20,000 nt of DNA from an uncultured virus (IMG/VR IMGVR_UViG_3300030102_004953) (taxonomy: Duplodnaviria > Heunggongvirae > Uroviricota > Caudoviricetes), in IMG/VR virus record IMGVR_UViG_3300030102_004953, one strand, 5' to 3'. The notes under the pieces were generated by a model. That model was not told where the DNA came from. It saw only the letters and a program-made list of their open reading frames with translations, and ran no database searches. Every line of letters begins with the position of its first letter. Within the stretch, counting starts at the first letter, position 1. Below, in pieces: positions 7,920 through 14,184 of the stretch. The position numbers and the translations under genes were made by a program.

Positions 7920-8662
7920 TTGTAGTTAATCCCTATATTCCAACTCATACTTAATCTCTCGCCAGGTCCTTTAAATGGATACACCACGTGGTTCAACCAA
8001 GATGGGAATACAGCGAACAAGCCAGGATATGGTACGTGGTGTTGGTTACCATTATAAATAAATTGTCTCATATAATCTGCTGTGCTTGTATCCCATAGTA
8101 GTTCGGTTATACCATCCAGTTTATTCTCATCGAAGTAACCCTTTGGTATCTGCTCAGGTACTTTAAGATGTAAGAAGCCAGATAATGTACTATGGTAGTT
8201 AGAGCTGTGAAAATGTATTGGGTTGTAATCTCCCTCGTATTGATGTACAGTCCACATATCATCGATATGAATATCAAACTTCTCAGGTAATCCACTACCT
8301 AACATCACACCACCACCAAACTCTCTAAAGGAACCTACATACTGATTGGTTGCTTCTATCAATACGTGTACTAGATTCTGTACCATAGGATGTTTCGGGT
8401 CTATCTGTAGTTGTTTACTCTTCGGTGTATCCATCCTACCAACTAAAGCACTATCATAATCCTTACCGTGATTTTCGAAACCACTCCACCTTACAGGATT
8501 TGTTGTGTTCCTCTGCTTACCATCGTGGTAAACATCATCGCACATTTGGATGAGTTCGTTTATAACCTCATCCGTTAAGACTCCCTCTACTATATGGAAT
8601 CGTGGTATGTGTCGTAATGCAAGTTCATCTTTAAGCAAAGACTTCATTTCTACATTCTTCAC
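7916..8662 (-). CDS. 2OG-Fe(II) oxygenase
   Basis: MW...GDYNPIHFH...LSGFLHLKVP...FPSWLNHVVYPF...ERLSMSWN. Confidence 0.88.
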   Translation of the reverse strand: MKNVEMKSLLKDELALRHIPRFHIVEGVLTDEVINELIQMCDDVYHDGKQRNTTNPVRWSGFENHGKDYDSALVGRMDTPKSKQLQIDPKHPMVQNLVHVLIEATNQYVGSFREFGGGVMLGSGLPEKFDIHIDDMWTVHQYEGDYNPIHFHSSNYHSTLSGFLHLKVPEQIPKGYFDENKLDGITELLWDTSTADYMRQFIYNGNQHHVPYPGLFAVFPSWLNHVVYPFKGPGERLSMSWNIGINYK

Positions 8663-8849
8663 AATAGTGGTAGTGAATAGCTCCGTTTACATCTAAACGT
8701 TTCTTCTTCTTACCACCCTTTACATACACTTCGGTTGATTGAGGCATTATACTCTTGGTATAGTCTATTAACCTAACCTTTTCACATACAGTGCATTTTC
8801 TTCGAATTGGCTTACGTACTATCGGTTCTTGTTTTTTTCTTCTTATCAT
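8631..8849 (-). CDS. basic zinc-ribbon protein
   Basis: CTVC...CEEC, K/R-rich; AGGTAGG RBS. Confidence 0.7.
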   Translation of the reverse strand: MIRRKKQEPIVRKPIRRKCTVCEKVRLIDYTKSIMPQSTEVYVKGGKKKKRLDVNGAIHYHYCEECRNEVFA

Positions 8850-8964
8850 AACCTACCTATAATTAGATTGTTAATATTCTTAATTACATTATTTTAATCA
8901 TTAGTAATCAAATGATACACAGCCATCACTATACAAAATATAGCTAAACCAGCGAGTACCCAAA

Positions 8965-9234
8965 TCACCCTAAGTGACCTCCCTTGTACTCAACTGCTTC
9001 CGCCATAGTTGGTGGAAACAATTCAAGTTGGTTAGGGTCTTTCTTATAAGGTGAAAAAAATTCTCCATACTCATCAACCCATAACTCCCACGGCGAATCT
9101 TTACCATCTTCATTCGGTGTGTAAGTCATATTGACTGCTATCGTATCTAACATATCAGGTGTTAACGGGTCTTGTGAAATTAATCTGATTGGTAACTTAC
9201 TGTGTCTAATCTGGTACATAGTGTTTTCTCCCAT
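8965..9234 (-). CDS. hypothetical protein (89 aa)
   Basis: ORF track; contains QLELF. Confidence 0.75.
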   Translation of the reverse strand: MGENTMYQIRHSKLPIRLISQDPLTPDMLDTIAVNMTYTPNEDGKDSPWELWVDEYGEFFSPYKKDPNQLELFPPTMAEAVEYKGGHLG

Positions 9235-9345
9235 AATCCCCTCGTTGTATTATCTTGTTAAAGTATCTACCTAACCATATACAGAACAATGGTAGTAGTA
9301 TGTAGTGAATAGCGAGTATCTCGATTCTTTCCCAAATGGTTAATC

Positions 9346-9570
9346 TCACGGCATCCTCTTCACGGTGTGGACGGGGACGGTGTATGTTCGAGAGGTCGCT
9401 AAATCTTTTACGTAGTATGTGGTAGGGAAGTGGTTTATCTCCATTAGTACAACTATGCTATCCTTTGGTAAATCACCGCTAACCTCGTGATGGTCTTTTA
9501 TAACCTTAAACTTATCACCCGACTTCACGCCGAAGTGTTCCTTACTACGTCGGTTAAACTTCTTCTGCAT
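9346..9570 (-). CDS. hypothetical SH3-like small protein
   Basis: ORF track; 'VKSGDKFKV' start and beta-rich pattern. Confidence 0.65.
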   Translation of the reverse strand: MQKKFNRRSKEHFGVKSGDKFKVIKDHHEVSGDLPKDSIVVLMEINHFPTTYYVKDLATSRTYTVPVHTVKRMP

Positions 9571-9571
9571 C

Positions 9572-9820
9572 TTACAATGGTAACCCGTGACCCGTATTTA
9601 CATAGACGGGTTTCTCTTCTTTCTTCTCTTCTCTCTTCTTATTCATCTCTTCAATAAAGTGGTCGTGTTTAATAACGTGAGGTGGTTTACCTAAAGTCTT
9701 TACGAAGTTATCCCAAGAGCCGTTTGCTATACGTTCCTGCATAAGCTCCTGAATCTCATCCCAACTCATCCGTTTGATAGTATCCTTATACCATCCAAGT
9801 GTATCGTATTCTTCACTCAT
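9572..9820 (-). CDS. hypothetical protein (82 aa)
   Basis: ORF track. Confidence 0.75.
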   Translation of the reverse strand: MSEEYDTLGWYKDTIKRMSWDEIQELMQERIANGSWDNFVKTLGKPPHVIKHDHFIEEMNKKREEKKEEKPVYVNTGHGLPL

Positions 9821-9942
9821 CTTGGCGGCATAAGAATGTTATTCATACCATCCATCACACGTTGCAAGAATATGTTCTTCTCGGTATTACGCTTCTTATA
9901 TTTCCTACGGGTGGTACGCTTAATAATTTTCTTCTGACCCAT
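9817..9942 (-). CDS. small basic protein, 41 aa (MGQKKIIKRTTRRKYKKRNTEKNIFLQRVMDGMNNILMPPR)
   Basis: translated by hand; GAGGG RBS, ATGA overlap with next gene. Confidence 0.7.
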   Translation of the reverse strand: MGQKKIIKRTTRRKYKKRNTEKNIFLQRVMDGMNNILMPPR

Positions 9943-9943
9943 A

Positions 9944-10099
9944 CTAAAACCCTCGTTTCTTCTTTAACTTATTATACTTCTTACGTAAGGAACGCTTCTT
10001 CTCTCTCATACGCACTAACAACTCCATCTGCAACCTCTTTATACCCTTACGCTTCTTACGAGCCCAAAAGCTCCTACGCCTTCTTTCTCCTCTATTCAT
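9944..10099 (-). CDS. very basic protein, 51 aa (MNRGERRRRSFWARKKRKGIKRLQMELLVRMREKKRSLRKKYNKLKKKRGF)
   Basis: translated by hand; AGGGGAG RBS. Confidence 0.75.
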   Translation of the reverse strand: MNRGERRRRSFWARKKRKGIKRLQMELLVRMREKKRSLRKKYNKLKKKRGF

Positions 10100-10262
10100 A
10101 TAACTCCCCTATTGTTATAATAATAAATACTAGATTGAGCTAAAATAAATCTTTATGCGACACTTCCCCAACGCTACTTTGATATGGTATTACCATATAA
10201 ACAATATTAATATTCCCATAGGGATAAATTTTAACCTCGGGTCGTATACACGCTCAGCTCAC

Positions 10263-10307
10263 AAAAAAGGTGGTTAGCCTTTCTACGTTCACGGTTAAAT
10301 GACCACC
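10263..10307 (-). terminator. putative intrinsic terminator after ORF 10311-10493
   Basis: GGTGGT/ACCACC stem followed by TTTTTT on the minus strand; loop is large. Confidence 0.45.
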
Positions 10308-10310
10308 CCC

Positions 10311-10493
10311 CTATGCTCTGCCTATCGGTATCCCCTTATCCTGCCAGTGTCCTATGTTCTCCCACATAGCCATCAGGCTCAGTTGTAGCGTGCTGTCGTC
10401 CATCTCCGTGTAGAAGCTACCATCCATCATATCCGCCAGTAGGTTGCGTATTATCTCCCTATCCACGTTATCTATTATATTGTCTAGTTGCAT
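10311..10493 (-). CDS. hypothetical protein (60 aa)
   Basis: ORF track. Confidence 0.65.
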   Translation of the reverse strand: MQLDNIIDNVDREIIRNLLADMMDGSFYTEMDDSTLQLSLMAMWENIGHWQDKGIPIGRA

Positions 10494-10531
10494 TTGAGCT
10501 CTTTCTTTTTTATATGCCGCTTAAAATCTTG

Positions 10532-10603
10532 AGCGGTGTGTTGGTACTGCCCCAACCCCTCTTCTATGGAATAGAAGCGTATCTCTCTTGATACTTCCAC
10601 CGC
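10532..10603 (-). tRNA. non-canonical tRNA-Gly (TCC)
   Basis: GCGGTGG-AA-GTAT(CAAGAGAG)ATAC-G-CTTCT(ATTCCAT)AGAAG-AGGG-GTTGG(GGCAGTA)CCAAC-ACACCGC-T; full cloverleaf, U73, but no TTC and no D-loop GG. Confidence 0.8.
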
Positions 10604-10609
10604 ATATGT

Positions 10610-10645
10610 AAATAGTATTAGATTATTCAGAATACTATTTTTTTT
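10610..10645. terminator. AT-rich 10-bp inverted repeat, terminator-like
   Basis: AAATAGTATT/AATACTATTT with a T-run on the plus strand. Confidence 0.4.
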
Positions 10646-10647
10646 AT

Positions 10648-10693
10648 CCGAGCCGCTATGATTCGAACATAGCAGTTATATCTCCACTACTCG
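10648..10693 (-). ncRNA. tRNA-like 12-bp minihelix with T-loop
   Basis: CGAG-(TAGTGGAGATATAA)-CTGCTATG-TTCGAAT-CATAGCGG-CTCG-G. Confidence 0.55.
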
Positions 10694-10694
10694 T

Positions 10695-10893
10695 TAAGCG
10701 TGGTGTGGCAATACAACTTCACCAGCAGCTCACCCCATCGTGTTTAGCTGGATTGTTCTTGAACGACACCACGCTCACATTAGGATTTTTCAAAAATCTT
10801 TGGGTGGTTGGTATTCTTACGATTCACTTAGCCCCGAGGGACCACCCTTATTACGATTACCCATTAGAAGTTGTCTGCTTCCACCACGTGGGT
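10695..10893 (-). ncRNA. multi-hairpin structured RNA of unknown class
   Basis: stems TGAGCGTGGTGT/ACACCACGCTTA, GGGTGGT/ACCACCC, GATTTT/AAAATC, ACCCA/TGGGT plus GGAAG/CTTCT; G-U pairs favour the minus strand. Confidence 0.55.
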
Positions 10894-10903
10894 TTCTCTA
10901 TAG

Positions 10904-11024
10904 AGACAAGATAGGGACTCGAACCCTACAGCTCCTCAAACAAAACTCAAGTAATCAGCTCTTTGTTTCTCAGAACACCACTAGACTCAGAGGGTGATTA
11001 GCCCTCATCAACGCCCGTCTTGCC
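10904..11024 (-). ncRNA. 121-nt tRNA mimic with K-turn and complementary loops
   Basis: GGCAAGA/TCTTGTC acceptor, TAGGG-TTCGAGT-CCCTA T-arm, TGATGA/CTGA K-turn, loops CTAATCA and CTGATTA. Confidence 0.75.
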
Positions 11025-11053
11025 TTTCGAATTCTTCAAATAACTTACCCCCT

Positions 11054-11093
11054 AATATACGCATAAAGCCCCATACGTGTCAAGTCTTTTTTT
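11054..11093 (-). promoter_or_regulatory. repeated sigma70-like promoter, copy 4 (drives the ncRNA cluster)
   Basis: A-tract-GAC-TTGACA-N18-TATATT. Confidence 0.8.
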
Positions 11094-11144
11094 GCTTTAA
11101 CCTAAACTTTTTAGATGCCGCCATCGCACGAGCCTAAAATAGTT

Positions 11145-11184
11145 AAGAAAGTGCTTGACTTGTATTGGGTTTATTTCGTAAATT
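11145..11184 (+). promoter_or_regulatory. same promoter class, the only plus-strand copy seen
   Basis: AAGAAAGTGC-TTGACT-TGTAT..(N18)-TAAATT. Confidence 0.65.
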
Positions 11185-11234
11185 ACGGGTTAAGCCTTAA
11201 ACGCAACGGCTATAGCGCGTGGTATACAAGTTGG

Positions 11235-11273
11235 AATATAATACATATAACCTATACAAGTCAAGTCTTTTTT
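11235..11273 (-). promoter_or_regulatory. repeated sigma70-like promoter, copy 5
   Basis: A-tract-GAC-TTGACT-N18-TATATT. Confidence 0.75.
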
Positions 11274-12059
11274 AGCGGCTCGAATCCCGCGCCATATAGG
11301 TTAGCCGCTCTAAACTATTTAGCTAGGAATACCAACCCAACCCATATGTCAAAATGTCATATATATCTCAGGGCTTCGCGCATAGGGATACGCTATACTT
11401 GCGCAAGCGTGTAACACACTTAATTATTCAGAGTTTTATTCATAGTTATATCAATCTGAGGATATTGAGGTATATGAGAGCGCTGAGATATTGTGTTGTA
11501 TCAAACTCCATATATCAGATTAAGTGGGTAGAAGTGGGTTAATGTGGAATACGTATGGATAGTTACGACAAACCCGATTGAGTGTTTTTCGATGCCAGGA
11601 GTACCCATATTACCTTCAAAAAGGGTGCTTCCTGAGGGTGAAATATATCTCATTAGGGTTGTATTGATTAGCACTCAATCATATATTTGATGAGGTATCT
11701 CACGCAGATGACGAATACTATTGCTAGGAATTCATCGGGGTAGGTGGTTATGAAATATTTGAGGCTTTCGATTAAGCCTTTGATGATGTGTGTATAGTCG
11801 ATAATGTATTATATCGATAAGTGTCGTAGCGTGATAATAAATAGTGTTGGGAATGCTGAAAATGGGATTTGGTGAGAACTTAGATTGTGAGAGTGAACTA
11901 TGGGCTAGAGGATACGGCGTTAGCCGTGTCCATTAGTGTATCTCTTATAAATCTTCTATGTCTCTTTGGAATTTTTGTATTTGCACTAAGCCCCATAGTT
12001 GTATTCCTACTATTAATAACATAATACCTACTAAGGAGCCTAGTACATTTAGTAACATT

Positions 12060-12362
12060 TTAATTAGCAACCGGCTTGTTGGCAGCTTCGTCCTCTTTTG
12101 GCTTACCGCCTGATATAACCACAATCTCTTCCAACTGTTGGTGTTCGTAGCAATAAAAGTAGTGCGTGTTAGTCATACGTAACTTATATAGGTCCTGAAC
12201 AAATACGTGTAACCTACCTCGTTCGTCCTTATAGTTGTAGAGTTTAGACTCTACCTTACTCCTATAATCTATATTCATACCGCTGAATGCTTGTATCGGT
12301 TGAGGAAATGATGAGCAACTGATTGATAGTAATAATGTGAGTGCGATGATAACGTTTTTCAT
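12060..12362 (-). CDS. putative lipoprotein
   Basis: MKN plus hydrophobic core plus SISC lipobox-like; AAGGA RBS. Confidence 0.65.
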   Translation of the reverse strand: MKNVIIALTLLLSISCSSFPQPIQAFSGMNIDYRSKVESKLYNYKDERGRLHVFVQDLYKLRMTNTHYFYCYEHQQLEEIVVISGGKPKEDEAANKPVAN

Positions 12363-12392
12363 AACTAAGTATATCCTTTCTTAATTACGTCG

Positions 12393-12623
12393 TCAAGTGG
12401 TAAACATATCCCATATGTGCTTGAAGAATAACCCTACAAAACCTGTACCGATTACACCTCTCCACCTTGTGGTATTCTTTCTAAACTGAGTGTTGAGCTT
12501 CGTCTCCGCCCAAAGCCCCTCGTGTGGATTGAATAGGTTCTCTTTGATGAACTTGATATCCGCTGTGATAGTATCTATCTTACTATGGATAACTTCAAAT
12601 TCTTTTCTATCGGCTTGGTTCAA
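12393..12623 (-). CDS. small coiled-coil protein with C-terminal membrane helix
   Basis: TTG start with AGGAG RBS; heptad pattern then GVIGTGFVGLFF. Confidence 0.7.
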   Translation of the reverse strand: MNQADRKEFEVIHSKIDTITADIKFIKENLFNPHEGLWAETKLNTQFRKNTTRWRGVIGTGFVGLFFKHIWDMFTT

Positions 12624-12687
12624 TTTACTCTCCTAATGGGTTTCATACATAAATAGAATTTAGTCCAAAAAAATTTTTAGCCTACCA

Positions 12688-13392
12688 TCATTTATACCAA
12701 AAAACTTGTGCCAGAGTATACCTTGAGTCTAAATAGTCGTCCGATGGAGCGTTCCCACAATGAGGTATGATAGATTTAAACAAGGCTATTCTGCCTGGCT
12801 TTGGCGTTATACTTTTTATGAGCTTAGCGTCCCTATCATATAAATCCAAGTTCCCCCCATACCAATCTTCCCAATAGTCATTAGCGAAGTAGATTAGCGT
12901 CCATACATTATCATTCTGACTATCTGTATGTGGGTAGCTATGCATTCCTCTAGCTTGTGAGTTTACAACCTGAGAACGTAGGAATACTAAGTCCTCTGAT
13001 ATATTAAAGTGTTCTAGTACCCTACTATAGATGTAGTTACAGGCAAATCTTTTTTCTATGCCGCTATCGTATCTCTCATTGTGTTCACCCTCTTCCCAAG
13101 TTTTAGTCTTTGGATTGACTGAATAGTCCTTGAAGAATGAGTGAACATAACAGGCTACATCTTGTAACCCTAACTCATCGTATACTCTGTCTGGCCATAT
13201 CCTATCCGTTGATTTGTTATAGGATAATCTATTGTACTGCCAATTTATATTATTTCTGATGTGTTCGTAGAAGTTATGGATGAATGTATCATCAAACAAA
13301 TCATCCACTACATAGCAGTCATCTTCTACGTTACCTTGATATGGTGCGTTATCACCTATTTCATTCTGATTGAGTCTCATCATCTTCCTCAT
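12688..13392 (-). CDS. 2OG-Fe(II) oxygenase (prolyl-hydroxylase-like)
   Basis: HTD...TLIYF..W...GG.L...PKPGRIALF...PHCG...RYTLA. Confidence 0.88.
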   Translation of the reverse strand: MRKMMRLNQNEIGDNAPYQGNVEDDCYVVDDLFDDTFIHNFYEHIRNNINWQYNRLSYNKSTDRIWPDRVYDELGLQDVACYVHSFFKDYSVNPKTKTWEEGEHNERYDSGIEKRFACNYIYSRVLEHFNISEDLVFLRSQVVNSQARGMHSYPHTDSQNDNVWTLIYFANDYWEDWYGGNLDLYDRDAKLIKSITPKPGRIALFKSIIPHCGNAPSDDYLDSRYTLAQVFWYK

Positions 13393-13897
13393 CGTAGATT
13401 TCTAATAACTTTCTACGAAGTACGCCTACGTTAGCTGGTGTAGTAATCGTTCTACCAGGACGTTTCATTAGGAAGAAACAATTATAACAAATTAGTGTGA
13501 TGTTATCTCTACTCATATTTTTATAGTCCCCATCGAGAAAGTTGAGTAGGTAGGGACCTTTTAAATCTTTATCTCTTACCTCATCGTATCCACAATTACT
13601 ACAGGCTTGTAACAATAATCCGTTTTTGATAAGCCTCTCTTGTAGTTTGTAGTGTGGATAGTTTGGATGTTTGCCATCGAAGATATCATTTATGTTAACC
13701 GCATACATATCTTCTCTGTATCTTGGTATTCCTACACCTGATGGATTCTTTTGTTCCTCAAACACTCCGTATAGCTTAGCATACTTTTTGTAAGTGTTAT
13801 AGGACACACCAAGTAGTTTAGCAGCTTGTCTACAACTTAAAGTTTGTTTGTTAGCCCATTCTAACTGAGCTTTGTTGAATTTTGGTTTATAACCCAT
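13361..13897 (-). CDS. HTH plus HNH-like zinc-finger protein (catalytic His apparently lost); likely start MGYKPKF at 13897
   Basis: SCRQAAKLLGVSYNTYKKY HTH; CSNC...LNFLDGD..N....N...ICYNC. Confidence 0.7.
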   Translation of the reverse strand: MGYKPKFNKAQLEWANKQTLSCRQAAKLLGVSYNTYKKYAKLYGVFEEQKNPSGVGIPRYREDMYAVNINDIFDGKHPNYPHYKLQERLIKNGLLLQACSNCGYDEVRDKDLKGPYLLNFLDGDYKNMSRDNITLICYNCFFLMKRPGRTITTPANVGVLRRKLLEIYDEEDDETQSE

Positions 13898-14180
13898 CTG
13901 GCGTTGTATTTTCCTCTTCCCACCACTTGTACTCACCCATAGAGTGAGGACCTTTCCATCTTGTAGCATCAGCATCTGAATCTAATGAAGTTACAGTACC
14001 CTCATCTAAATTTAATCTCCATTGTCGTATGCCTGTAATATCTTTTAGTGCGTTCATTAGATTATCAAGTGACCAACTATGTAAATAATCACCTTTTAAA
14101 TCTTTAACAACGTCTGATACCCATTTACCATCTTCATTTCTACTGGCTACCACAACACCTAACTTCACATCTTTACTCAT
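13887..14180 (-). CDS. hypothetical protein (97 aa)
   Basis: ORF track; AGGTGA RBS. Confidence 0.75.
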   Translation of the reverse strand: MSKDVKLGVVVASRNEDGKWVSDVVKDLKGDYLHSWSLDNLMNALKDITGIRQWRLNLDEGTVTSLDSDADATRWKGPHSMGEYKWWEEENTTPDGL

Positions 14181-14184
14181 ATTA

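Noticed and set aside
10648..10732. Cloverleaf tRNA-Val(AAC)-like fold
   Set aside because: It needs a bulged, weak anticodon stem; the competing 12-bp helix 10695-10706/10766-10777 plus minihelix looks more stable, so no tRNA was called
10904..11024. tRNA-Ile (AAT or GAT loops) or intron-containing tRNA
   Set aside because: No D-arm in register, pyrimidine at position 37 in both loops, and no group I or BHB intron features; the loops are better explained as a complementary pair
5706..11273. gtcaagtctttttt repeats as CRISPR repeats or transposon ends
   Set aside because: Irregular, gene-sized spacing, no cas or transposase gene, and a clear -35/-10 architecture
10705..11542. Plus-strand ORFs 10705-10914, 10740-10997, 11115-11414 and 11354-11542
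   Set aside because: They overlap structured RNAs and promoter boxes, with atypical composition and no RBS
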